Origin: Candidatus Zixiibacteriota bacterium
GTDB taxonomy: Bacteria > Zixibacteria > MSB-5A5 > CAIYYT01
Direction of reading: 5' to 3'
Assembly: GCA_040235515.1 (NCBI GenBank)
Contig: JBECKX010000001.1
Span: forward strand, 1 to 26,174
DNA length: 26,174 nt
Position numbers and translations under genes: made by a program. The notes beneath the pieces are model-generated. The model had not been told where the DNA came from and did not search any database. It saw only the letters and a program-made list of their open reading frames with translations. Positions 8,911 through 17,897 of this stretch are shown here, piece by piece (the first letter of the stretch is position 1; every line of letters begins with the position of its first letter).

Positions 8911-9382
8911 TGGGTGTTCTGCTTCCCTCCCTTCGTTGGACATCAGAAGCTTTTGACTTTGAAACTCCCCAAACAGACTGGGCTACCGCCTCGAGTTTCC
9001 TTAAGAAATTGTCAACATTGTACCCCGAAACAAAGGCGACCGCTAGGTAGCCATACACCGAACTATTGTCCACGACTTCTGCGTCCAGCATCAGTAGACC
9101 AGCCTTCAAGAACAGGTAACTGGCGAATCCTGAGATCGTACTGGCTATGGGCCTGAGGTAATACCAGACATGCCAATCAGTATCCCACTTCTTTAGCACA
9201 CACTTGTTTAAGTACACTCCTCTAAGACAATAGAGGCATCCACCGATCCCTCCAACCACGGATGCTCTTAATGCCTCAACTATGCCCAAATACCACGCAG
9301 GCATTGTCAGGACTCTATCCGTGATCAAGAGGCACAGGAGAGACGCAACAACGGTTAGCTCGTAGAGAACGATTCGATACAC
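8903..9382 (-). CDS. Hypothetical membrane protein (about 4 TM segments)
   Basis: Hydrophobic segments with motifs GGIGG, WYYLRP and AFVSGY. Likely GTG start at 9382 after AAGGTGG; the ORF track extends to 9499. Confidence 0.75.
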   Translation of the reverse strand: MYRIVLYELTVVASLLCLLITDRVLTMPAWYLGIVEALRASVVGGIGGCLYCLRGVYLNKCVLKKWDTDWHVWYYLRPIASTISGFASYLFLKAGLLMLDAEVVDNSSVYGYLAVAFVSGYNVDNFLRKLEAVAQSVWGVSKSKASDVQRREGSRTPNE

Positions 9383-9536
9383 TTCATCCACCTTGGCTAT
9401 GAACTGAGAAGCGGAGCAGATGAGCCCTTTCAATTTGGACGGGCTTTTGCCCGCGCCAACTTTGTAGTAAAGCAAAACTTCGTGCTGCGAGTCAATCACT
9501 TTTGCTCAAAAGGTTTATGGCCACAATCTATGACCT

Positions 9537-9728
9537 GCAGCCCACCTTTCATGGTGGGCATTTGCCTCGAATAACCCTCCCGACAGCATCCCACAACGTA
9601 CCGCCCGCAGAATACGTACCCAATCCCCCTCTAACAAGACGTGTGGATTTCATGCTCCGCCTTGGCGGAGGATGAAAGCCGGAGTGTGTTCTTCCCGAAG
9701 CTAACCCACCGCAAGCGGTGGGGCACCC
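9537..9728. repeat. Cluster of REP-like hairpins
   Basis: GCAG-CCCACC-TTTCAT-GGTGGGC (9537-9559), TTTCAT.CTCCGCC-TT-GGCGGAG.ATGAAA (9648-9677) and CCCACCGC-AA-GCGGTGGG-GCACCC (9705-9728). Confidence 0.55.
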
Positions 9729-9831
9729 GGACGCTGCGCCTCCCCCGAATCCCCCATTTTCTTCGCCAAAACACTCCACTTTTCCGTATATTATTATAGC
9801 CGCGAGATTACCCCCAACCAAGGAGGTGGAG

Positions 9832-10233
9832 GTGCCGTTCTGTCCAAAATGCCGTTACGAATACAATCCCAATATCACCACCTGTCCCGACTGTGATGAA
9901 CCACTCGTGGATCTGTTGCCACCGGAGGATGTTACCAACATGGAGGGCTGGTCAACCGAGGCGGATTGGGTAGCGGTCGTGATCCTGACCTCCTCGCAGT
10001 ACGCCCAGATGGTGGAAGAAGGCCTTAAGCAGGAGGGAATCCCGGCAATGCTCTACTCCAAAACCGGACACTTCGGTGAGACCGGTCAGATGGGACTCTC
10101 GATCTTCAACCCCGCCGGAGCAGGCATACTTGTCCTCGTGCCGGCCAATCGGGTTACAGAGGCCAATGAGGTTGGTGAAGCTATGTTAGGGGAGTTATGG
10201 ACCAGGTCAAAGGTCGAGCGCACGACGAAGTAA
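9832..10233 (+). CDS. Small protein with N-terminal Zn-ribbon and DUF2007-like (putative signal-transducing) domain
   Basis: GTG start after AAGGAGGTGGAG. MPFCPKCRYEY...CPDCDEPLV, then L...GIP and LVLVP...EA pattern. Confidence 0.75.
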   Translation: MPFCPKCRYEYNPNITTCPDCDEPLVDLLPPEDVTNMEGWSTEADWVAVVILTSSQYAQMVEEGLKQEGIPAMLYSKTGHFGETGQMGLSIFNPAGAGILVLVPANRVTEANEVGEAMLGELWTRSKVERTTK

Positions 10234-10299
10234 CCGGCGTCTACCTAAAGCTTGGTGGCTTCGCGCAGTTCAGCAGCTATAGTTGCTGCAATGCGTCAG

Positions 10300-10368
10300 G
10301 CAGGGGCGAATGGCATTCGCCCGCCGACCACCACCCCCTCCAAAAGGGCGAGCACCACTCGCTCTTAC
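10300..10368. repeat. Inverted REP-like pair (REPIN-like) between convergent genes
   Basis: GCAG-GGGCGAA-TGGCA-TTCGCCC (10300-10322) and inverted GGGCGAG-CACCA-CTCGCTC-TTAC (10346-10368). Confidence 0.6.
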
Positions 10369-12614
10369 AACCCATACCCACCGGTGTGGACGTGGCAGGT
10401 CTCCTCAACAGGGAATTCGCTTAGAAAGAGTTCATCGCGAGTATTGGTGCAGTAGGGCGTAGCTTTCTCACCCGTTTCGGTACAGATGCGAATATGAAGG
10501 ATTCCCGCCGGCTCGGTGAAGTTCTCCACCGGCAGGTTCTCATGCGCCGCAATCATGAAATCAGTCCAGATCGGTAACGCATTTGTCGCACCGGTCTGAT
10601 TTTTTCCGATCGAAGTCTTGTCATCAAATCCAACCCAGCACCCGGCGGTAATCTGCGGGGTGTAGCCAACATACCAGTTGTCGGCGAAATTGTCCGAGGT
10701 GCCGGTTTTCCCCGCAGCAGGCCGCTGGAATCCCAGCACGCGCGCCTTGTGTCCCGTACCATACCACTCGTCCATGACCGACTGGATCATGTTGACGGTG
10801 ATATACACCACAGCGGGGTCGATAACACTCCGCCGCGGCGAAACCCGGTTGTGCTCGATCACGTTGCCGTAGCGGTCCGTTACCGTCTTGATGAAGCGCG
10901 GCTCAACCCGCACACCACCATTCGCGAACACCGTATAGGCGCTGGTGATCTCAAGCGGTGATACTTCGGATGTGCCGATCGCCAGGGCCGCGTTCGGTGT
11001 CAGCGGACTCGTGATCCCCATCTTCTTGGCCGTATTGATCACATCACGCACCCCCACCTTTTGCAGCAGCTTGATGGCGATCAGGTTGCGCGAGCGTGCC
11101 AGTCCGGTACGAATCGACATCGGTCCCATGAATTTATCATCGAAGTTGTTGGGGCTCCACTCATCCGAACCCGGTATCGTCAGCACAATCGGCGTATCGA
11201 AAATGATGTCGCACGTGTGATATCCCTCAGCGATCGCCGTCGCATACACGAACGGCTTGAACGACGATCCGGGCTGACGTTTCGCCTGCACGGCCCGGTT
11301 GAATTTCCAGGTCGAGAAGTCTTTACCGCCGATCAATGTGATGATATCACCCGTATGATTGTCGAGTCCGACGAATGCCCCCTGAATCTGCCTGTATCTG
11401 CGGCCAATCTGTTTTCCCGTCGAATCCGTGACTGCCACCGTGTAGTTCTCGTCGGTGGAACTGTAGTTACGCTCGATGCGTGCCTGGATCGAGTCGAGCT
11501 GACTTTCCATCGATGCTTCGGCCACCTTCTGCAAATCGAGATCGAGCGTCGTCTCAACCACCAGCCCTCCGGTGTAGAACAACTCTTCACCATACTTGTC
11601 AACCAGGTACTGGCGCACCATCTCGGTAAAGTAGGGCGCCTCACCCGGCAGATCCTGCGACAGGTCAAGTTTCACCGGGATCGCTTTCAGGCTGTCGCGC
11701 ATTCCCTCGGAGATGTAACCTTCCTCGCTCATGCGGTTCAGTACGTAGTTGCGACGATTGAGCGCACGCTCCGGATGATTGATCGGAGAGAAACGTGCCG
11801 GCGCATTCAGGATCGCGACCATCAATGCCGCCTCCTCGATGCTCAAATTCTCCGCGTTCTTGTTGAAGTAGGTTCGCGCCGCAGTCTCGATTCCATACGC
11901 GCCATGCCCGAAATAGTAGGTGTTGAGATACATCTCGAGTATCTCATCCTTCGAGTAGGTGCGCTCTATCTTCAGCGCCGTCAGCGCTTCCTTGATTTTC
12001 CGTTTGAGCGTGGTGTCACGGTTGAGAAACAGCATGCGCGACAATTGCTGCGTGATTGTCGAACCACCCTGCGCGCCGAACCCATGCGCCAGGTTGCGCA
12101 CCACCGCCCGCGCAACACCCTTGGTGTCCACTCCCCAGTGATCATAAAATCCCGCATCCTCGGTGGCTATCAACGCCTGAACCAGATGCGGCGGTATCTT
12201 TTCATAAGGAACCAAGCTGCGGTTCTCATAGGCATACTTCTGCAGCAGCACACCATGCGTGTCGGTAATCTTGGTGATCACCGCCGGTTCAACATTGTAG
12301 ATCTCTTCGATCGAAGGCAGGTCGCCGCTCAGCGAAAAGGCGACCGCTACCCCCACCAATCCACCTACAATCACCAATGCTGCAAAGACTATATAGAACT
12401 TGGCGAGGAAACTGACATTCTTCAAAGCAGACTTCGGCTCAGCCTCATCCTCCGCATCCGGCTCGACCCCGCTCTCCCTGTCATCCTCACCGGCTGCAGC
12501 ACTCCCGCCTTTCGATTCCTCTTTCCGATTCTTCCGATCTTCCTGATCATCCGCATCGTCACGACTTTCGTCGTCAAGCGGTTCCTGATCGTCGCGCTCT
12601 TCGTCTCTTTCCAT
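10365..12614 (-). CDS. mrcA: Class A penicillin-binding protein 1A
   Basis: Transglycosylase motifs EDAGFYDHWG, GGSTITQQL and RKIKE; transpeptidase motifs SSFK, SRN and KTGT; single TM anchor. Start uncertain (12614 chosen; ORF open to 12698). Confidence 0.95.
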   Translation of the reverse strand: MERDEERDDQEPLDDESRDDADDQEDRKNRKEESKGGSAAAGEDDRESGVEPDAEDEAEPKSALKNVSFLAKFYIVFAALVIVGGLVGVAVAFSLSGDLPSIEEIYNVEPAVITKITDTHGVLLQKYAYENRSLVPYEKIPPHLVQALIATEDAGFYDHWGVDTKGVARAVVRNLAHGFGAQGGSTITQQLSRMLFLNRDTTLKRKIKEALTALKIERTYSKDEILEMYLNTYYFGHGAYGIETAARTYFNKNAENLSIEEAALMVAILNAPARFSPINHPERALNRRNYVLNRMSEEGYISEGMRDSLKAIPVKLDLSQDLPGEAPYFTEMVRQYLVDKYGEELFYTGGLVVETTLDLDLQKVAEASMESQLDSIQARIERNYSSTDENYTVAVTDSTGKQIGRRYRQIQGAFVGLDNHTGDIITLIGGKDFSTWKFNRAVQAKRQPGSSFKPFVYATAIAEGYHTCDIIFDTPIVLTIPGSDEWSPNNFDDKFMGPMSIRTGLARSRNLIAIKLLQKVGVRDVINTAKKMGITSPLTPNAALAIGTSEVSPLEITSAYTVFANGGVRVEPRFIKTVTDRYGNVIEHNRVSPRRSVIDPAVVYITVNMIQSVMDEWYGTGHKARVLGFQRPAAGKTGTSDNFADNWYVGYTPQITAGCWVGFDDKTSIGKNQTGATNALPIWTDFMIAAHENLPVENFTEPAGILHIRICTETGEKATPYCTNTRDELFLSEFPVEETCHVHTGGYGL

Positions 12615-12791
12615 CAATCTTTCTACACTTAAGGTTTTGCCTGCGTTCACCCCGATCTGGGCCCGGTTCATATTGGTGGGCTTGATTGCAGAGTACAAGC
12701 GATTTCAACCAGGTTGTTTCAACCAACCGATCTCAACCAACCCTTCTCGACGGCCCACAATCGCTCTGCCCGACAGCAGCCAATTAAGCTA

Positions 12792-12820
12792 TTGACAGAA
12801 TCGGGGCAGGATGCCATTTT
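12792..12820 (+). promoter_or_regulatory. Possible sigma70 promoter
   Basis: TTGACA-N17-CATTTT with TG of an extended -10. Confidence 0.4.
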
Positions 12821-13124
12821 AGCAAGTGAAGTGAACCTTGAATGTTCTCCTGAACATGACGATGCGCCATTCTCCATTCCGCGAATCTCCCGGAGTGTGC
12901 AGACCCTTGCGCAGGATATGTAGCGTCGCTCGCCTCGCCGACCTCACGGCCGGGAAGTGCCGCGCGATTGTGAACCGATCAACTGAAAGGCCATCCAGAG
13001 ATTCTTCTCTAAGAGATATCTAAGGCGCTATCTGTATGTTAGTTAGGTAGTGTACCTAAAGTAAACTCTAACCTGGGGATCGACCTGATTCTGCCTTCAC
13101 GACTGGTAGAGAAGTTCACGCTTC

Positions 13125-13140
13125 CGGCATGAGCTTTGCA
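13125..13140 (+). promoter_or_regulatory. Putative sigma54 (-24/-12) promoter
   Basis: CGGCATGAGCTTTGCA gives GG-N10-GC with TTGCA, about 30 bp upstream of the start codon. AT-rich tract at about 13010-13070. Confidence 0.55.
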
Positions 13141-13168
13141 AATCCAGGGTGGAGAAGAAGGAGGACGT

Positions 13169-16015
13169 GTGGCTAAGCACATATCTTATAAGTATACGCC
13201 TGAATTCGCGCCGAAGCGAAATCTCGGCAAGCGCTCATTTTGGGTTGCTGCTCTTATCCTCGTGCTCCTGGCGGTGGTCCTGATTTCCTGGTCGACCCTG
13301 TTTGCGGCCAACCACCCCGGAACGAGCGACTTCCTGCAGCAACGAATTCAGCGCCATGAGGCGGCATCGGCAAGTCAGTTTACCAGGCTGAATGGAACAC
13401 CAAAAGCCGCGACCTCAGTGCGTTCAATCTCAATGATTGGTGCCGCCTCGCAGGGGGTACTTGTAAGTGAATCCACCGCACCCGCCACCTTCGCACAGGA
13501 CTACAGCGACATAGCATCATTCGCCGACGGTTCCTCCATCGTCGTATGGCAGGATAACCGTAATGGCGACCAGGATATCTTCATCCGCAAAATCGCCGCT
13601 GACGGCTCCGTCACGGATGCCAATATCGACCTCGTTTCCGATCCCGATTTCCATGACCAGATCCAGCCACAAGTTACGGTCAACTCAAGCAACCTGGCCC
13701 TTGTCATCTATAATGACGCCACAACGGCAGAGATCTATGGCATTGTGCTCGACAACACGCTTGCGCCGGTCGCCGGACCGATTCTCATCAATGAACCGGC
13801 GTCAGAAATAGTCGTGAATATGCCCGCTGTCGCACCTCTGAGCGGCAATCGCTTCGTGGTGGTCTGGGAGGATAGCCGGGCCGGAGCCAGCATCTTCGCG
13901 CAGATACTAGGTGGGGATGGCTCATTGCACGGCAGCAATTTTAAGATCAACGGCGGCGGAGCGGCAGCGTACCGAATCTCTCCCGACGTAATCTCAAGCC
14001 TCAATGGTGACTTCGCGGTAGTTTGGGAAGAACCCACCAGCGGCAGCCCCGACGTGATGTTTAGAATCTTCACCGATGTCGGCACCGCGCTCTTTCCGGA
14101 CTTGCAGGTAGCTTCAGCATATTCATCCGCCACGCAGGTAATGCCGGCGGTCTCATACCTCGGCAACCAGCAATACCTCGTCGGCTGGATCTCAGATCGA
14201 GGCGGCAACCAGAACGCCTGGGCACAACGAATCACGACTTCATCGACCGAAGCCGATACCTCGTTTCGGCTGAATGCCGCTGATGAAGACCTCTGCTGGG
14301 ATGTCTCCTTCGTCCAAACCTCCGGCGGCGGCGTCGCGGCTCTCTGGGCTGACTACGCCGGTCCCAGCGCGATCAAACTGCAACAACTCAACTCCGCAGG
14401 CGAATTCGTCGACACCAATCTCTCCCTCGAGGACCCGGCGCTTCTGCGTGAACGCAGCTTTCCCCATGGAAGCGCCGCTGCAGATGAATATCGCTTCGTC
14501 TGGACAGACCACCGCAACGATAATGCAGATATCTACCTGCAACGCCTTGATGATGTCTTCCTGAAACTGGGTACCAACTCCATTGTAAACGACGATGCAG
14601 CCGGCAGTCAGCAACTCGACCCCGATATCGCATTGATCAGCTCCAACGGTTCAGCTGTCGTCTGGTGTGACGAGCAAAGCGATGGCGGAGATATCTATTA
14701 CAGATTCGTCAGTCAAAATGGCGATCTCATCGGCTCTGCATTGCGCGTCAACGATGACATCGGTAAGGCCGTGCAGTCCTCACCACGAGTCGCCGGCAAT
14801 AGAAGCGGCAAGGGGGTCGCGGTCTGGGCCGACAGTCGGACGGTGAGCGGCCACTCCAGTCAGCAAATCATGGGACAGGTACTCACCACGACGCCGGGAC
14901 TGAGCGGCAGCAACTTTCTCATCAGCAACGATGCTACCGGCCTGCCGAAAAGTGACCCCGACATCGCTATGGCGCCCGATGGCGCCTATGCCGTCGTGTG
15001 GACAGACCGCAGGGATGGTTCGCAGCAAATCTACATGCAGGGCTACAACGCAGGTGGAGCCGCGGTCGGAAGCAATAGCAAGATATCAGGTATAGTCTCA
15101 ACATCAGCCAATTTCCAACCCAGCGTTAGCATCGATGACGATCACTCCGGAGTGATTGCGTGGTTGGCAGTGGATGGCGACGAGCAGGTCATCTACTACG
15201 AATTCTTCGATTCCAGCTTTGATCTCGATGGCGCCAACCAGTTACTCCCGGTCTCGTCGGACGGCGTGATCACTGCTGTCCGGGTGTACCACCATTCAGC
15301 ATCAGGCATCAACTTCTTCGCCTACCTCCGCGATCTCGGTGAATCAGCGCAGGTGGAACTCCTCGCTGTGGACGCCACCAAGGCCAATGTTTGGGGACCG
15401 ATTGTCATCAATGAGGAAACCGCTACCACAATCTCCTCGCTGAAGATCGGTGGTAGCTCCACCGCCGTTGGCGTTACCTGGAGCGATTTCCGCACCGGTA
15501 GCGAGCGTGTCTGGATGCAACTGGTCAACCTCGACGGTACCCTGATCATGAGCAATCTCCCGTTGAGCGGCCTCACTCAATCTGCCCGTGAGAAACAACC
15601 GGCAATCATCCTCGCCGAATCATACTACTATACGACCTGGGTGGATAACCGCACACCCTCTGAAGGCTACGACGTCTTCTTCACGAACGACCAGTTCACC
15701 GCCACCGATGTCGATGACAACGTCGTCGTGCTGCCCGATCAGTTTGAACTGAATCAAAACTATCCGAATCCCTTCAATCCTGAAACCGTGATCAGCTTCG
15801 CACTCGGCACGCCGCAGCATGTCCGGTTGACCATCTACAACACCCTCGGTCAGCGTGTGCGTACCCTCGTGAACGATCACCAGCCGGCGGGCTTCCATCG
15901 AGTCCGCTGGGACAGCAGGGATGATTCAGGTCGAGCGGTTGCCAGTGGAGTTTATCTCTACCGCCTGGAGACGGCTGACGCCATCCTCACCCGCAAGATG
16001 ACCCTGATCAAGTAG
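13169..16015 (+). CDS. Large exported repeat protein (beta-propeller-like) with C-terminal FlgD-Ig/T9SS type A-like sorting domain
   Basis: GTG start after AGGAGG; hydrophobic N-terminal segment; about 13 repeats of P.....VVW.D.R....I..Q......G; C-terminus LNQNYPNPFNPET...SGVYLYRL...RKMTLIK. Confidence 0.88.
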   Translation: MAKHISYKYTPEFAPKRNLGKRSFWVAALILVLLAVVLISWSTLFAANHPGTSDFLQQRIQRHEAASASQFTRLNGTPKAATSVRSISMIGAASQGVLVSESTAPATFAQDYSDIASFADGSSIVVWQDNRNGDQDIFIRKIAADGSVTDANIDLVSDPDFHDQIQPQVTVNSSNLALVIYNDATTAEIYGIVLDNTLAPVAGPILINEPASEIVVNMPAVAPLSGNRFVVVWEDSRAGASIFAQILGGDGSLHGSNFKINGGGAAAYRISPDVISSLNGDFAVVWEEPTSGSPDVMFRIFTDVGTALFPDLQVASAYSSATQVMPAVSYLGNQQYLVGWISDRGGNQNAWAQRITTSSTEADTSFRLNAADEDLCWDVSFVQTSGGGVAALWADYAGPSAIKLQQLNSAGEFVDTNLSLEDPALLRERSFPHGSAAADEYRFVWTDHRNDNADIYLQRLDDVFLKLGTNSIVNDDAAGSQQLDPDIALISSNGSAVVWCDEQSDGGDIYYRFVSQNGDLIGSALRVNDDIGKAVQSSPRVAGNRSGKGVAVWADSRTVSGHSSQQIMGQVLTTTPGLSGSNFLISNDATGLPKSDPDIAMAPDGAYAVVWTDRRDGSQQIYMQGYNAGGAAVGSNSKISGIVSTSANFQPSVSIDDDHSGVIAWLAVDGDEQVIYYEFFDSSFDLDGANQLLPVSSDGVITAVRVYHHSASGINFFAYLRDLGESAQVELLAVDATKANVWGPIVINEETATTISSLKIGGSSTAVGVTWSDFRTGSERVWMQLVNLDGTLIMSNLPLSGLTQSAREKQPAIILAESYYYTTWVDNRTPSEGYDVFFTNDQFTATDVDDNVVVLPDQFELNQNYPNPFNPETVISFALGTPQHVRLTIYNTLGQRVRTLVNDHQPAGFHRVRWDSRDDSGRAVASGVYLYRLETADAILTRKMTLIK

Positions 16016-16141
16016 CGCCCCGCCACACATCAACCCTCAATCCGCTCTCGTCAGGCAACTGCGGCGCTCTCCGCTGTTATGGTCTGTTGGCAGTTGAGAA
16101 TTCCGCCGCAATCACTCGTAGAGCGGTTGTTCCAAAATAGC

Positions 16142-16170
16142 TTTACACCCTTACCCCACCTGCCTATATT
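16142..16170 (+). promoter_or_regulatory. Sigma70-type promoter
   Basis: TTTACA-N17-TATATT, 40 bp upstream of a TTG start with AAGGAG RBS. Confidence 0.6.
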
Positions 16171-16209
16171 GCGCGATAATTTGGACCGAGCCTGAAGGAG
16201 TGTACTACC

Positions 16210-17238
16210 TTGTTAGGAATAGGAATAATCGGAATCGGCTATTGGGGGCCCAACCTCGTTCGTAACTTCGCCGCGTTGCCCGGCCACTGCAAGGTCGTGG
16301 GCGTCTGCGATCAGCGCCCCGAACGCGTCAAGTTCATACAGAATAGCTACCCCACGATCAAGGGCTTCTCTTCGGACGAGCAACTGATCAACGATAGCGA
16401 GATCGATGCCGTTGTGATCGCGACTCCGGTCTTCACACACCACCGTCTCGCCAAATTGGCACTCGAGGCGGGTAAGCATGTGTTGCTGGAGAAACCACTC
16501 ACCTCCACCGTGGCTGAAGCGGAAGAACTCCTCGAACTGGCCGCCCGCAAAGGCTTGACCGTTATGGTGGACCACACCTTCCTCTACACCGGCGCGGTTC
16601 GCAAAATTAAGTCTCTCGTCGATGCCGGCGAGATCGGTGACATGCTCTACTTCGATTCGGTGCGCGTCAACCTCGGGTTGTTCCAGCATGATATCAATGT
16701 CATCTGGGACCTGGCACCCCACGACATCTCGATCTGCGATTATGTCTCCGGTAAACGCGCGACCGCCGTCAACGCCGTTGGTTTCGCCCACTACGGCCAG
16801 TCGGTCGAGAACATCAGTTACCTCACGGTCTGGTACGAGGATGATGTCCTCGCACACATCCATGTCAACTGGCTCGCCCCCGTTAAGGTCCGGATGACGC
16901 TGATCGGGGGCACCAAGCAGATGATCGTCTACGATGACACCGAGCCATCCGAGAAGATCAAAATCTACGACAAGCGCGTGGAGTTCAAAGACGCTTCCGG
17001 AAAAGAAGATCGCGAGCGCGTCTACAAGGCCCTGGTGGAGTATCGTACCGGCGATATGCGCGCACCGCGCATCGACAGTACCGAGGCGCTCAAGCTGGTC
17101 GCACAGGAGTTCATCGATTCGATCAACGAGAAGCGTAAACCACTCACCTCCGGTGAGGATGGTCTCCATGTCGTCAGCATTCTGGAGGCAGCTAACAAAT
17201 CCCTCAAACAGGGTGGCGCTCGGATCTCGATTAAGTAG
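16210..17238 (+). CDS. Gfo/Idh/MocA family oxidoreductase (probable nucleotide-sugar dehydrogenase)
   Basis: GIGYWG Rossmann motif, GKHVLLEKP and WDLAPHD. Confidence 0.92.
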   Translation: MLGIGIIGIGYWGPNLVRNFAALPGHCKVVGVCDQRPERVKFIQNSYPTIKGFSSDEQLINDSEIDAVVIATPVFTHHRLAKLALEAGKHVLLEKPLTSTVAEAEELLELAARKGLTVMVDHTFLYTGAVRKIKSLVDAGEIGDMLYFDSVRVNLGLFQHDINVIWDLAPHDISICDYVSGKRATAVNAVGFAHYGQSVENISYLTVWYEDDVLAHIHVNWLAPVKVRMTLIGGTKQMIVYDDTEPSEKIKIYDKRVEFKDASGKEDRERVYKALVEYRTGDMRAPRIDSTEALKLVAQEFIDSINEKRKPLTSGEDGLHVVSILEAANKSLKQGGARISIK

Positions 17239-17321
17239 GTTTGTTTAAGTAGACACGAATAGGCAAGTACGAATCAGTAATAACACGCGGCTCGAAACGG
17301 TTCGGGCAGAGGTCGCAGCAA

Positions 17322-17822
17322 ATGACAACTTTTGACTCCAATTGGAATAGCATAGCGCCCAGCGTCAAGTTGGGCAAAGATGTACTGATCACCAAGTTCA
17401 TCAACATGTATGGCTGTGAGGTCGGCGACGGCACGAAGATCGGACCATTCGTCGAAATCCAGAAAAACGCCGTTGTCGGCAAGCGCTGCAAGGTCTCATC
17501 GCACACCTTCATCTGTGATGGCGTGCAGATAGGGGACAACTGCTTCATCGGACATGGCGTGATGTTCATCAACGACAACTACCCGCAGGCCACGCGCGCC
17601 GATGGCGAATTGGAGACCGAGGATGACTGGAAAGGCCGCTTCGTGAATACCCGCATCGGCAATCATGTCTCCATCGGAACCAATTCGACGATTCTCGGCG
17701 GCGTGCAGATCGGCGACAACGCCATCATCGGCGCCGGCAGCGTCGTTACCAAAAATGTTCCTGCCAATCAAATCTGGGCGGGGAATCCGGCACGCTACTT
17801 CCGCGACGTTGAATCAAAGTAA
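17322..17822 (+). CDS. Hexapeptide-repeat (LbH) N-acyltransferase, WbpD/WxcM-like
   Basis: IGPFVEIQKN, SHTFICDGV, FIGHGVMFIND, IGAGSVVTKNVP and AGNPAR. Confidence 0.9.
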   Translation: MTTFDSNWNSIAPSVKLGKDVLITKFINMYGCEVGDGTKIGPFVEIQKNAVVGKRCKVSSHTFICDGVQIGDNCFIGHGVMFINDNYPQATRADGELETEDDWKGRFVNTRIGNHVSIGTNSTILGGVQIGDNAIIGAGSVVTKNVPANQIWAGNPARYFRDVESK

Positions 17823-17897
17823 GAGAATCAAAGTAGAAGTGGTTGCGCGCGCTGCAGTTGTTGATCTGTTCCAGCACTCCGGAATCGGGGGGTGGTG

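Noticed and set aside
9625..9730. Integron attC site beside the two-gene island
   Set aside because: A TCTAAC is present, but there is no matching downstream GTTRRRY or L-box symmetry and no integrase.
11061..12632. 523-aa plus-strand ORF
   Set aside because: Antisense shadow of PBP1A.
12825..13125. 6S RNA or known riboswitch
   Set aside because: Only short scattered complementarity; no recognisable conserved motifs of 6S, SRP, tmRNA or common riboswitches.
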